Positions 40,978 through 51,209 of a stretch of 64,000 bases of DNA are shown here, one piece after another. The notes under the pieces are model-generated. The model had not been told where the DNA came from. It saw nothing but the letters and a program-made list of their open reading frames with translations, and did not search any database. The stretch spans positions 256,001-320,000 of the forward strand of contig CAXXLL010000003.1 of the NCBI GenBank assembly GCA_963662545.2. Reading direction: 5' to 3'. The stretch's first letter is position 1. Each line of letters opens with the position of its first letter. A program made the translations under genes and the position numbers. Origin of the DNA: Gammaproteobacteria bacterium (lineage in GTDB: Bacteria > Pseudomonadota > Gammaproteobacteria > Ga0077536).

Positions 40978-42416
40978 TAATCCACGATCCAGGTGTCTTT
41001 GCTGCCGCCGCCCTGCGAGGAATTGACCACGAAGGACCCCTTGAGCAACGCCACCCGCGTCAGACCGCCGGGCGTCACGTAGTGCCGCGCGCCCTGGAGA
41101 ATAAACGGGCGCAGGTCCAGATGACGCGGTTCGATGCCGCCACTGCAGACCGTCGGGCAGGTCGACAGTGCCATCAGAGGTTGCGCGATGTAATTGCGCG
41201 GATTTGCGCGAATGCGCCTCGCGAATTCGCGCCGTTCGCGCTGTGTCGAAGTCGGCCCGACGAGCATGCCGAAGCCGCCCGATTCGTTCGCCGGCTTGAC
41301 CACCAGATTCTGCAGATTCTTGAGGACGTAATCGCGCGTCGTTTTTTCAGCGCAGTGGAAGGTTTCGACGTTGGGGATGATCGGATCTTCATCGAGATAG
41401 TAGCGGATCATGTCGGGGACGTAGGTATAGACCGCTTTGTCATCGGCGACGCCCGCCCCCGGCGCGTTGGCGAGCGCTACACGACCCTTGCTCCACGCGC
41501 GCACAAGACCGGGCACGCCGAGCGCCGAATCCGGGTTGAAGACTTGCGGGTCGAGAAACAGATCGTCGATGCGCCGGTAAATCACGTCGACCTGTTCGGG
41601 CCCGGAGATCGTGTGCATGTATACGCAGTCGTCGTCGCCGACGAAGAGATCGCTGCCCTCGACCAGTTCGGCACCCATTTGCTGCGCGAGGTAGGAATGC
41701 TCGAAATAGGCCGAATTGTAGATACCCGGGGTTAGGACGACTACTTCCGGATAGTCCAGGACGCGCGGGGATAGTGACGCCAGCGTATCAAACAGGTAAG
41801 AGGTGTACTCCCCGATCGGGCGTATGTTGTCCGACTCGAATAATTCAGGAAATACACGTTTTGTGACCTTGCGATTCTCAAGCATATAGGACACACCCGA
41901 GGGCACTCTGAGATTGTCCTCGAGTACGTAAAACGTCCCGCCCCGATCGCGGATGAGGTCGGTCCCGCAGATGTGCGCCCAGACCCCGAACTTGGGTTTC
42001 ATTCCCACACAGGCCTCGCGAAAATTCGGCGAGTCGACTATGAGTTCGCGCGGGACGACTGCATCGGTGAATATCTTTTGCTCGTTATAGACGTCGTCGA
42101 TGAACAAATTGAGCGCGGTCAGCCGCTGTACGAGCCCGGCTTCGATGCGGTCCCACTCGGGACCCGAGATCGTGCGCGGGATGATGTCGTAAGGCCAGGC
42201 ACGGTCGATATTCGAGCCTTCGGCGTGCACTGTGAATGTGACGCCCATCGTCTTGACTGCCAGTTCGGCGGCCTCCTGGCGCTCGCGGATCTGATCGGGA
42301 GTGAGCGAACGCATCTGCCTGGCCACCACGCGACCTGCAGCGCGGGGCCGCCCGCGCGGGCCGATCAACTCGTCGTAAAACCCGTTCGGGTCGTAATTCT
42401 TCCATGAGAATTTCAT
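40977..42416 (-). CDS. Circularly permuted type 2 ATP-grasp protein
   Basis: VLEDNLRVPSGVSY, YRRIDD, VNSSQGGGSKDTW. Confidence 0.94.
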   Translation of the reverse strand: MKFSWKNYDPNGFYDELIGPRGRPRAAGRVVARQMRSLTPDQIRERQEAAELAVKTMGVTFTVHAEGSNIDRAWPYDIIPRTISGPEWDRIEAGLVQRLTALNLFIDDVYNEQKIFTDAVVPRELIVDSPNFREACVGMKPKFGVWAHICGTDLIRDRGGTFYVLEDNLRVPSGVSYMLENRKVTKRVFPELFESDNIRPIGEYTSYLFDTLASLSPRVLDYPEVVVLTPGIYNSAYFEHSYLAQQMGAELVEGSDLFVGDDDCVYMHTISGPEQVDVIYRRIDDLFLDPQVFNPDSALGVPGLVRAWSKGRVALANAPGAGVADDKAVYTYVPDMIRYYLDEDPIIPNVETFHCAEKTTRDYVLKNLQNLVVKPANESGGFGMLVGPTSTQRERREFARRIRANPRNYIAQPLMALSTCPTVCSGGIEPRHLDLRPFILQGARHYVTPGGLTRVALLKGSFVVNSSQGGGSKDTWIVD

Positions 42417-42467
42417 ACAATACGCCGCTATCGATCCCCGGACATGAAGATTCCGGCGTCAATTTAT

Positions 42468-42617
42468 GGAATCTCTGACTAAGTCATGGTGCGTCTGAAT
42501 TGTGCAGATCAAGGCACGAATCGCAAGCCATAGCGGGGACTATGGCTAAGGTTCGTCGGTTAAGGCTCCGCGATTTCATGGGCAAGGCAGATGGGCCATG
42601 ACTTATTCAGAGGTCCC
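42468..42617 (+). mobile_element. MITE family A (150 bp)
   Basis: Same TIRs and core; TTAT duplication. Confidence 0.85.
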
Positions 42618-42647
42618 TTATATCACCTTTGAGGACATCGAAGCGTA

Positions 42648-43196
42648 GTGGATGAAAACCGCAAACTCCCCATCGTCGGCGTCATGGGTTCGGGCCGCGA
42701 AGCGCACAGCGACCTGGCCCAGGCTTGTGGGCAACTGCTCGCCCGCAAGCCGGTGCACCTGCTGACCGGCGGCGGGGGCGGCGTGATGTACGCTGTGTCG
42801 CGTGCATTCGCACAAGTCCAATCACGGCGCGGTCTCGTCGTCGGCGTTCTGTCATCGAGCGGCGCGAAAGATCACCATCCCAGGGCCGGATATCCCAACC
42901 CGTACGTCGAACTCGCCATCCGCACCCACCTGCCGTCAATCGGCGCGCAGGGTACCGACGCCTCCTCGCGAAACCACATCAATATCCTGAGTTCCGATGC
43001 GGTGATTCTCCTGCCGGGTGGCGCTGGAACGCGCGCTGAAGCGATGCTGGCGATCCGTTACGGCAAACCGTGTATGGCGTTCGGCGACGCGGCTCAGTTC
43101 GTCGGATTTCCAACCGAGTTGTCCATGACGAGCGACATCGACGCACTCAACGACTTGGTCGATGCCGTCTTGAATAAACTAGGGGCCCGGTTTTGA
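42648..43196 (+). CDS. LOG/SLOG family protein (Moco carrier-like)
   Basis: GVMGSG, TGGGGGVM, SRNHINILSSD...PGGAGT. Confidence 0.8.
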   Translation: MDENRKLPIVGVMGSGREAHSDLAQACGQLLARKPVHLLTGGGGGVMYAVSRAFAQVQSRRGLVVGVLSSSGAKDHHPRAGYPNPYVELAIRTHLPSIGAQGTDASSRNHINILSSDAVILLPGGAGTRAEAMLAIRYGKPCMAFGDAAQFVGFPTELSMTSDIDALNDLVDAVLNKLGARF

Positions 43197-43229
43197 ACCT
43201 GCCCGCACGCTTGTGGACGAATGCGATTT

Positions 43230-44024
43230 TTACCTGTCGGCCGCGACGGCCCGCCGGGCCATGACCCCGACCAGATGGGCGCGGTAGACCGCGCTCGCGT
43301 GAATATCCTCGTTGAATTCGGTGTCTTCGACCGTGATCGAGGCGATCGCCTCGGGTGAGAATTGCTTCGATAGAGCATCTTCCATCGCCGTCATGCGAAA
43401 CACGCAGGGCGCGGCGCCCGTGACTGCGACGCGCACGCCGCGCTCGGTTTGCGCGACCATGACGCCGACGATCGCATAACGTGATGCGGGATTCGGAAAT
43501 TTTCTATATGCGGCGCGGCGTGGAATCGGGAAACGCACTGCCGTAATAATCTCATCGTCCTCGAGCACAGTCTCGAACATATCGGGGAAAAACGCATCGG
43601 CTTCGATCTCTCGTCGGTCCGTGACGACGTTTCCGCCGAGGCCGAGGACCCCGGCGGGGTAGTCGGCCGCCGGGTCGTTGTTGGCGATTGATCCGCCGAT
43701 CGTGCCGCGATTCCGCACCTGGGGATCGCCGATGAGTCCCGCCAGATGCGCCAGTGCCGGAATGCGCTTACGCACGAGATCGCTCGCCGCGACGACCGCG
43801 TGTCTGGTCATCGCACCGATCACGATCATGCCGTCTTTTTCACTGATCCCGGCCAGCGATTCAATACCGTTGAGATCAATTAGCTCGGCGGGACGGGCCA
43901 GACGCAGCTTCATGGTCGGCAGCAGGGTCATCCCGCCGGCCAAGAGCTTTGACTCATCTCCGTTACGTAGCGCGGCCAGGGCAGCCTCGAGTGAATCCGG
44001 CGATCGATAGTCAAACCGGTACAT
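43230..44024 (-). CDS. coxM: Molybdenum hydroxylase FAD subunit (CoxM-like)
   Basis: LAGGMTL, IGDPQVRNRGTIGGS. Confidence 0.9.
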   Translation of the reverse strand: MYRFDYRSPDSLEAALAALRNGDESKLLAGGMTLLPTMKLRLARPAELIDLNGIESLAGISEKDGMIVIGAMTRHAVVAASDLVRKRIPALAHLAGLIGDPQVRNRGTIGGSIANNDPAADYPAGVLGLGGNVVTDRREIEADAFFPDMFETVLEDDEIITAVRFPIPRRAAYRKFPNPASRYAIVGVMVAQTERGVRVAVTGAAPCVFRMTAMEDALSKQFSPEAIASITVEDTEFNEDIHASAVYRAHLVGVMARRAVAADR

Positions 44025-44027
44025 GAT

Positions 44028-44498
44028 TCAAACCTCAGGGCCGCCGTTCGCCGCGACCGCCTGTACCGCTTTGACGATGTTCTGGTAACCGGTACAGCGG
44101 CAGATGTTGCCCTCGAGCCAATTGCGAATCTCGGACTCGCTGGGATTCGCGTTGCGCTTCAGCAATTCCGCCGCACTCATGATCATGCCAGGCGTGCAAA
44201 ATCCGCATTGGAGGCCATGTTCCTCACGGAAGGCTGCCTGCAACGGGTGAAGCTGGTCTCCGTCGGCCATGCCTTCTATGGTCGTGACTGCTGAGCCGTT
44301 GGCCTGCACGGTCAGCAACGTGCAACTCTTGATCGAATGCCCGTCAACATGCACCACACAGGCACCGCACTGACTGGTGTCACAGCCGACGTGTGTGCCG
44401 GTAAGCCCGAGTTCGTCCCGCAGGAAATCGACGAGCAGGGTCCGCGGTTCCACGTCCGCGCGCACCGGTTTGTCATTGACCGAAAAAGAGACCTGCAT
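44028..44498 (-). CDS. coxS: Molybdenum hydroxylase 2Fe-2S subunit (CoxS-like)
   Basis: [24 protein letters not shown]. Confidence 0.92.
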   Translation of the reverse strand: MQVSFSVNDKPVRADVEPRTLLVDFLRDELGLTGTHVGCDTSQCGACVVHVDGHSIKSCTLLTVQANGSAVTTIEGMADGDQLHPLQAAFREEHGLQCGFCTPGMIMSAAELLKRNANPSESEIRNWLEGNICRCTGYQNIVKAVQAVAANGGPEV

Positions 44499-44520
44499 TG
44501 ACGTTTCTCCGCCTGCGGCT

Positions 44521-44994
44521 TTATTGAGATGTTTTAGGTTCGGCCTGGCCCGACTCATCACCGAAACCCGCCGAAAACGCGTCGAAGAATTTGCCCGCGA
44601 GCTTACGCGTCGTCGGGACAATTAAGCGTGAACCGACCTGGGCGATGCGTCCGCCGGCGTTGAATTTGGCCACGTAGCGCAGCAGCGTACCCTCGTCGAT
44701 CTCTTCGAGCACGACATCGGCAACGCCTTCGCCGAACCCCGCAGCGCCGCCTTGTCCCCGACCACTCAAAGTATAGGAGAACGGAGCATTGACGTTGGAT
44801 ACCGTCAGGGTGGTCTTGAACCGGGCTTTGACCGGACCGTACTTGGCCAGTACTACGCAGTCGTAGACCGCTTCGGAAACCTGCGACATCGATTCACAAC
44901 CTGGGATGCACTGCGCCAACACGTCGGGATCGATGAGGCGCCGCCACACGTCTATCGGTCGGGCCTTGATGCGGTATTCGCCCTCGATGTCCAT
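44521..44994 (-). CDS. coxG: CoxG/SRPBCC protein
   Basis: [24 protein letters not shown]. Confidence 0.88.
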   Translation of the reverse strand: MDIEGEYRIKARPIDVWRRLIDPDVLAQCIPGCESMSQVSEAVYDCVVLAKYGPVKARFKTTLTVSNVNAPFSYTLSGRGQGGAAGFGEGVADVVLEEIDEGTLLRYVAKFNAGGRIAQVGSRLIVPTTRKLAGKFFDAFSAGFGDESGQAEPKTSQ

Positions 44995-45031
44995 CCGTTG
45001 CCACTCCCAAACCGGATGGCGACCTGCGCTG

Positions 45032-45316
45032 CTAGCCAACATCCAGGCCGATCGAAAAAACACTTTCCAGATCGTGGCGCGAATAGGTCTTGAATGCGAT
45101 GAGCGTTTCGGTACGGTCGATCCCTTCGATCTTGACCATGCGCTCGGTCACCATATCGGCGATGTCCTCGTTGCTTTTGACGCGCACCAAAGCGACGACG
45201 TCATAGCTTCCGCCCACCGAATAGACTTCGGAGATCTCGGGAAACTCGGCCAGCGCTTGGGCCACGTCGTTGGTGTTCCCGTGCCGGGTTTGAATGAGAA
45301 CGATAGCCGTGACCAT
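45032..45316 (-). CDS. Lrp/AsnC ligand-binding domain protein
   Basis: EVYSVGGSYDVV...GIDRTETLIAF. Confidence 0.85.
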   Translation of the reverse strand: MVTAIVLIQTRHGNTNDVAQALAEFPEISEVYSVGGSYDVVALVRVKSNEDIADMVTERMVKIEGIDRTETLIAFKTYSRHDLESVFSIGLDVG

Positions 45317-45645
45317 GGTGCCCTTACTCCGCATGTAATCCTGTCGTCGAGGCATCTTAACCCGGATATCTCACCAGACGGGCCCGGTGAATAACGCGCT
45401 GCCCTTGCTTTTCAGTGCAGGCCGATGCGAATAGCTGACGGGTGTGCTGCGCCGCACAAATTTAAGGGACGACTATGAATACAACCGGCGCCTGTTCATG
45501 CTGGATGTGACCTCGAAAGCAAATGGGTCGCGCCATGGATGGCAGGCACGGAATAATCGATGCACCTATCACCCCGATTGCGAGCGCACCGATACGCTCT
45601 GGAATTCGTATACTTTGGAATGATTTCTGCGGGAGAGCCAGGCCG

Positions 45646-47175
45646 ATGGATCAGAACGAAGCACCGCCCAAACGGATTTTGATCCTCGGTGGCGGAACCG
45701 CCGGGTGGATGACTGCCGCCCTGCTCGCCAACGCATGGGGCAAACGCGGGATCGAAATCACCCTGCTCGAATCCAAGGCCATCGGGATCATCGGGGTGGG
45801 CGAAGGCTCAACGCCCAAAATGCGCCGTTTTTTCGATAAACTCGGGGTGGCGGAATCCGAGTGGATGCCTCTCTGCAACGCCACCTATAAGTGCGGCATT
45901 CGCTTTCCGCACTGGTCCACACGCAAGGGGTATCGCAGTTACTATCACCCGTTCTTCTCCATCAGCGACGACCCGACCATCAGGGCGTTTTTCCAGAATT
46001 CGACCATTCGCAGCCGCAATTTCAACGTACACGCGCACCCTGATACTTTTTTCGTCTCTCATTACCTGTCGAAGAACAAGCGCGCACCGCTGCCGGACGC
46101 GGGTATCGATTACCAGACGGACTATGCCTATCACTTCGAAGCGAGTCTCATCGGAGAATTTCTCAAGAACCATGCGCTCAAGCTCGGGGTCGCGCACCTG
46201 ATCGACACCGTGACCTCGGTCAACCAGCATGAAAACGGTGATATCGCCACCTTGCAGACCGAGGAGCACGGCCTCGTCGAGGCCGACTTTTTTGTCGACT
46301 CCACTGGATTCGCCAGCGTGCTCATTTGCCGCACACTGGGGGTTCCGTTCAATTCCTACAAGGACATTCTGTTCAACGATCGCGCGGTCGCGATGCCGAC
46401 CCCGCTCGACGATGACGGCACCCTGCCCTCGCAAACCCTGTCGACTGCGCTCAAGTACGGCTGGGTCTGGAAGATCCCGCTGTCGAGCCGCTTCGGTAAC
46501 GGCTACGTTTACTCATCGGATTTCACCGACGAAGAATCAGCCGAACGCGAACTCCGTGAACACCTCGGCTTGACCGAAGACGCGACAGAGGCGCGCCACC
46601 TCAAGATGCGGGTCGGCCGCGTCGATAAGAGCTGGCATAAGAACTGCCTCGCTGTGGGATTGTCGCAGGGCTTCGTCGAACCGCTGGAAGCGACGGCCCT
46701 CATGGTCGTGCAGGACACCGTCGAAACCTTCATCACGCGGTTCGAACAGGGCGGATTCAGCGATCGCTATCGCGCCGACTTCAATGAAAAGGTGAATTTG
46801 ATCTTCGACGGCGTTAAGAACTACATCTTCATGCATTACAAGCTGAATTCCCGCGACGATACGGAATACTGGAAAGCCAATCGGGAAAACACCAACGTAT
46901 CGGATGATGTCGCCGCGATTCTCGACGTCTGGGACAAAGGCGGCGATCTACTGGGCGAATTGCGCAGCCAGAGCAGCCGTCTCGTCTACAGTCCCACATC
47001 GTGGTATTGCATACTCTCCGGCATGGGCCGATTTCCGAGAAAGCCGAAAAAGCCGAAACGCAATTTCCAGGTTGTCGACCCGGAGGACGCCCGCGCATTC
47101 TGCGAGAGTATGCTGCCGCATTTCCCCGATCACCGCGAGGCGATCGACCGCATGACTTATTCAGAGGTTCCTTAG
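45646..47175 (+). CDS. Flavin-dependent tryptophan-halogenase-family protein
   Basis: GGGTAG, IGVGEGS, ATYK, GWVWKIP, FVEPLEAT. Confidence 0.92.
   Translation: MDQNEAPPKRILILGGGTAGWMTAALLANAWGKRGIEITLLESKAIGIIGVGEGSTPKMRRFFDKLGVAESEWMPLCNATYKCGIRFPHWSTRKGYRSYYHPFFSISDDPTIRAFFQNSTIRSRNFNVHAHPDTFFVSHYLSKNKRAPLPDAGIDYQTDYAYHFEASLIGEFLKNHALKLGVAHLIDTVTSVNQHENGDIATLQTEEHGLVEADFFVDSTGFASVLICRTLGVPFNSYKDILFNDRAVAMPTPLDDDGTLPSQTLSTALKYGWVWKIPLSSRFGNGYVYSSDFTDEESAERELREHLGLTEDATEARHLKMRVGRVDKSWHKNCLAVGLSQGFVEPLEATALMVVQDTVETFITRFEQGGFSDRYRADFNEKVNLIFDGVKNYIFMHYKLNSRDDTEYWKANRENTNVSDDVAAILDVWDKGGDLLGELRSQSSRLVYSPTSWYCILSGMGRFPRKPKKPKRNFQVVDPEDARAFCESMLPHFPDHREAIDRMTYSEVP
47151..47171 (-). mobile_element. 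Solo MITE-A terminal repeat forming the halogenase C-terminus
   Basis: CATGACTTATTCAGAGGTTCC|TTAG encodes MTYSEVP*. Confidence 0.78.
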
Positions 47176-47178
47176 GGG

Positions 47179-47679
47179 TTAATACGCATCGCGATACGCC
47201 GGGATTTCATCGTCCGGGAACCACTCCCTGATCGCTTCCTCGGTGAACAGCGTCTCCTGTGAATCGACTTTCCAGACATCACCGTCCTTGACGGTCACGT
47301 AGTACTCGAACTCCGTCGTTCCCTGGTTGTTGAATTTGTCTCTCGATTTCAGAATATTGGGCACAGTCGCCCACTTCTCACATGCTGGGTCATCGTCAAT
47401 CGCATGCGCCTGGCGGATGTCCATCCCGAAGATCGTGACCTCGCCGCCCTTGTAAAACATGTTTTGCAGGCCCACCCACTCGTCACGGCCGCGGCTATCG
47501 GTCATGTTCTCGCTGACGAACTCCCAGGCATCGTTGAAGCGGTATTGCGACATCGCCATGATGTAAGCCTCGACCGCACCGTGCGGACCCTCGTCATCAG
47601 CGCAGGGTGCGGACGCGACCGGCTCGACAATACACAAGGCCACACAGGCATAGACGGATTTGATCCATTGTTTGTTCAT
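47179..47679 (-). CDS. Secreted hypothetical protein (possible NTF2-like fold)
   Basis: Signal-like N-terminus; C-terminal VKDGDVWKV. Confidence 0.6.
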   Translation of the reverse strand: MNKQWIKSVYACVALCIVEPVASAPCADDEGPHGAVEAYIMAMSQYRFNDAWEFVSENMTDSRGRDEWVGLQNMFYKGGEVTIFGMDIRQAHAIDDDPACEKWATVPNILKSRDKFNNQGTTEFEYYVTVKDGDVWKVDSQETLFTEEAIREWFPDDEIPAYRDAY

Positions 47680-47724
47680 GGTATCGGTTCCTCCTCTGGC
47701 GGGCGCTCGATCACGTGATAGCGC

Positions 47725-49152
47725 TCAAGCATCCGCTCGCCGCTTTAATTGCACGATGAGATTCGTCGGCATCATCGTAAACGCCAGTTTCTCGCCCACC
47801 GGACGATTAGGATCGACGAGACGGACATTGAAATTTCGGCACAGCATCGCCAGCACAGTCCTGATCTGAAGCAAGGCGAGATTCCTTCCCGGGCAGAACC
47901 GCGGCCCGGTCCCGAACGGAATAAAAGCAGTGGTATCGTGGGGACATTGACGTTCGGCATCCAGCGTCAGCCATCGTTCAGGATCGAACCTGCTGCCGTC
48001 GCCGAATTGCGCGTCGTTGACCGCGATATGCCGCGTGAGCAACATGATGACGGTGCCCTTCGGAATCCGGTAGCCCATGAGTTCGACGTCCTCGAGCGGT
48101 TCCATGGCGTTGATCGGCCCGACCGGTTTCAGGCGCATGGTCTCGTTATAAAAAGCCTCAATGAACGTGAACTGCGCGGTCTGTTCGATCTCGCGCGGCA
48201 GTTCTTCGGGCGCGACGATGCCATCGACCTCCGCCCGCGCACGGGCGAAATGTTCCGGGTATTCGATGAAGTAGTTAACCGCCCATGCGATCGTGTTTGC
48301 GGTCGTATCCTCACCTGCCAGCAACACCGTGCAGACATTTCCGAAGATTTCCGCGTCGGACAATTCGAGGCCCTCTGATTCCTTCGCCGCGATCATCGCT
48401 TCGAGAAAGTTCGTGGGTTTCTCAAACAGGGAAGCATCGGCGGCCATGCGCGCGCGCACGTCGGCAATCATCTGATCCACTTGCTTCTGCACGTCGCGCA
48501 AAGCGCGGTCGAGTTCGCGATCCTTCGCCAGTCGAACATAGCGCCAGTACGGGAAAGGCGCATTAATGCGCCAGTTCAACATCGGAAAGATCTTATCGAG
48601 ATTCTGTTGGATCACAGGGCCATCGGTTTCAACTGTGTTGACGTCGATCCCGAACGCAAGCTGGGTGGTCACATCGACCGTGAACCGCATGAGGTCGCGG
48701 CACAAATCAACCGCGGTGCCGGCATCGGCCGCGGTCTCCCAGCGGCGCTTCAAGCGTTCGGCGGTCACCAGCAACTTCGGGAAAAACGGCTTTAAGTGTG
48801 CGGTGTTGAGTGCAAGCGCGACTATTTTCCGTTGCCGCCGCCAGTTGTCACCTTCCGCTGAAAAAACCCCGGTTAGCCTCATTTCGACGGTCGCTGATTC
48901 GAGTGCACGCGTGCGCCGGAACACATCGGGCCGTTCGCGGAACATGCGCTTGATCGTTTCGGTTTCCGCGATGACGATGATTTTTCGCCGACCGATGCGG
49001 AGCCGATAAATGGGGCCGTATTCTTCGCACCAATCCTCCAGACGACGGTGAAAGACCTTGAAATCGATGTCGAACAGACTGCCGATAATCGGCAGGCCGC
49101 GCGGGCCTTCCAGGGATTCGATGGATTCCAGTTGGGGGTGTACGGCGGCCAT
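47725..49152 (-). CDS. Cytochrome P450
   Basis: AGEDTT, ETMR, FDPERW, FGTGPRFCPG. Confidence 0.96.
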   Translation of the reverse strand: MAAVHPQLESIESLEGPRGLPIIGSLFDIDFKVFHRRLEDWCEEYGPIYRLRIGRRKIIVIAETETIKRMFRERPDVFRRTRALESATVEMRLTGVFSAEGDNWRRQRKIVALALNTAHLKPFFPKLLVTAERLKRRWETAADAGTAVDLCRDLMRFTVDVTTQLAFGIDVNTVETDGPVIQQNLDKIFPMLNWRINAPFPYWRYVRLAKDRELDRALRDVQKQVDQMIADVRARMAADASLFEKPTNFLEAMIAAKESEGLELSDAEIFGNVCTVLLAGEDTTANTIAWAVNYFIEYPEHFARARAEVDGIVAPEELPREIEQTAQFTFIEAFYNETMRLKPVGPINAMEPLEDVELMGYRIPKGTVIMLLTRHIAVNDAQFGDGSRFDPERWLTLDAERQCPHDTTAFIPFGTGPRFCPGRNLALLQIRTVLAMLCRNFNVRLVDPNRPVGEKLAFTMMPTNLIVQLKRRADA

Positions 49153-49219
49153 GCGATTCGTCCTCTTGCCGTGTCGATTCGGAACGGCGTTCGAACTTTC
49201 AACGATGTTACCAGCTTAG

Positions 49220-49381
49220 GGAACCTCTGAATAAATCATGGCACACGTGCCTAGCGCCTGAAATCGTGCAGCTCGGCATTACGAATCTTAGCCCTAGTCC
49301 CCGCTATTACCTGCGATTCGTGCCTTGCTCTGCACGATTTCATGCACCCTTCACACGCACCATGACTTATTCAGAGGTTCC
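49220..49381 (-). mobile_element. MITE family A (162 bp, reverse orientation)
   Basis: TIRs; TTAG duplication. Confidence 0.85.
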
Positions 49382-49457
49382 TTAGCGAGTCGATTGAACC
49401 GCACAACGCCGATCAACTATCCTTGGGTGCTTAGCTCATTTTACAAGGTTGAGGTCT

Positions 49458-50990
49458 ATGAGCGCTTCCCCTTCGCCGATGCAAGAAAAATCCGCGCCTT
49501 TCAAGATTGCCATCATCGGCGCCGGTTTTGCCGGCATCTGCATGGGGATCCGCCTCAAGCAGGCGGGCATCGACGACTTCGTGATCTATGAGCGCGCCGA
49601 CGAACTCGGCGGCACCTGGCGGGACAACACCTATCCCGGTTGCGCGTGCGACGTCCCCTCGCACCTTTACTCCTTTTCCTTCGATCTGAAAAAGGATTGG
49701 CCGCGCGTCTATTCGTCGTGGGAGGAAATTCAGGACTATCTCCACCTCTGTGCCGAGAAGTACGGCCTCACTTCGCACATTAAATACGGAGTAACTATCA
49801 ACAATTCACGCTTTGACGAGGACAGCGGATTGTGGACCTTGACCGCGGAGGCCGGTGATTCCTATACCGCAAACGTCATCGCCAGCGGCACCGGCCCCCT
49901 CAACAAGCCGTTCATTCCCGATATTCCCGGGCTTAACCGTTACAAGGGCAAGACCTTCCACTCATCCCAATGGGATCACGACTTCGATTGCGAGGGTAAA
50001 ACAATCGCCGCGATCGGTAACGGCTGCAGCGGCATTCAGTACATACCGGAGATCGCGCCTAAAGTTTCGCGCCTGCATGTCTTCACGCGAACGCCGACCT
50101 GGATCGTACCGCGCTTTGATCGCGCTTATGCCAAAGTTGAGCGCTGGGCTTTCAAATGGATCCCGGGCTGGCCGCGGCTTTATCGGTATTACATTTACTG
50201 GCGCAACGAATATTACGGCCTCGGGATCATCGGCTACCCGTTCTTCAACAAGCTGCTGCAGAAGCTTGCGCATTTGAATCTCAATGCCCGGGTAAAGGAC
50301 CCGGTTCTACGGGAAAAGCTGACCCCGACTTTTCGGATCGGGTGCAAACGCATCAATATCTCCGACGACTACTACCAGACACTGCAGCGCGATAACGTCG
50401 AGCTGGTCACCGAGGGCATTCAGGCGGTCACCGAAAACGGGCTCATCACCGCCGACGGCAAGGAACGTGCTGTCGACGCGATCATCTTCGGTACGGGTTT
50501 CGTCACCACCGAGTACCTGCAGCCGATGAAGATCTACGGGCGTGGCGGCAAAGAGCTGACCGAGCAATGGCAGGCTGGCGCGGAATCCTACCTCGGTATA
50601 TCGGTCGCCGGTTTTCCGAACTATTTTCTCCTGCTCGGACCGAACACCGGGCTCGGACACAATTCGGTGATCTTCATGATCGAGGCACAGGTCGACTACG
50701 TCATGAACGCCATCGAAAAACTTCGCGCAGGTGTCGCCGATGCGGTTGATGTCCGCGCGGATGTACAGCGGGCGTTTAGCGAAAAAATCCAGGAGGAACT
50801 TAAATCGACTTCATGGGCGTCCGGCTGTCAAAGCTGGTACCTGGCCCCCGACGGCCGGAACTTCAGCATCTGGCCTGGTTTCACCATGTCCTACTGGTTC
50901 AAGACGCGCCGTTTCGAGCCGCGTAATTATGAGCTCTTGACCTGCAAACCTAAGGAGTCGCCCGGCCAGGCCGAGCGAGTTGCCGCCTAG
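49458..50990 (+). CDS. Baeyer-Villiger-type flavin monooxygenase
   Basis: GAGFAG, GGTWRDNTYPGCACD, FHSSQWDH, GNGCSG. Confidence 0.93.
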   Translation: MSASPSPMQEKSAPFKIAIIGAGFAGICMGIRLKQAGIDDFVIYERADELGGTWRDNTYPGCACDVPSHLYSFSFDLKKDWPRVYSSWEEIQDYLHLCAEKYGLTSHIKYGVTINNSRFDEDSGLWTLTAEAGDSYTANVIASGTGPLNKPFIPDIPGLNRYKGKTFHSSQWDHDFDCEGKTIAAIGNGCSGIQYIPEIAPKVSRLHVFTRTPTWIVPRFDRAYAKVERWAFKWIPGWPRLYRYYIYWRNEYYGLGIIGYPFFNKLLQKLAHLNLNARVKDPVLREKLTPTFRIGCKRINISDDYYQTLQRDNVELVTEGIQAVTENGLITADGKERAVDAIIFGTGFVTTEYLQPMKIYGRGGKELTEQWQAGAESYLGISVAGFPNYFLLLGPNTGLGHNSVIFMIEAQVDYVMNAIEKLRAGVADAVDVRADVQRAFSEKIQEELKSTSWASGCQSWYLAPDGRNFSIWPGFTMSYWFKTRRFEPRNYELLTCKPKESPGQAERVAA

Positions 50991-51136
50991 CGTTCCAGCA
51001 TTGGATCGGAGCGGCGAGTGCGGATATTTTCGGCCAAAGCCCCGCTTCAATCCGCTTCCACTCTTTTGCGCCGCACCGGCTTTATTCGCCCGCAATCCGG
51101 ATCCTCCCCGACGGCCGCTGCCGCATCCGCGGGCGC

Positions 51137-51159
51137 GTAGGAGCCGGCTTGCCGGCGAA
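51137..51159 (+). repeat. GTAG-family REP palindrome
   Basis: GTAGGAGCCGGCTTGCCGGCGAA. Confidence 0.75.
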
Positions 51160-51209
51160 CAGAGGTTCGAACTTCAAGTGAGCATCACGACCTCCGCCCG
51201 CGCACGGCC

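Noticed and set aside
43230-44994. Evidence for CO oxidation
   Set aside because: No large subunit, so the active-site motif and substrate cannot be assessed.
36867-47171. Two solo MITE-A ends facing inward, both flanked by TTAG, could define a 10.3-kb composite transposon
   Set aside because: The interval begins with dsbE-ccmH-ccmI in normal operon order after ccmF, and TTAG is a preferred target, so the match is expected by chance.
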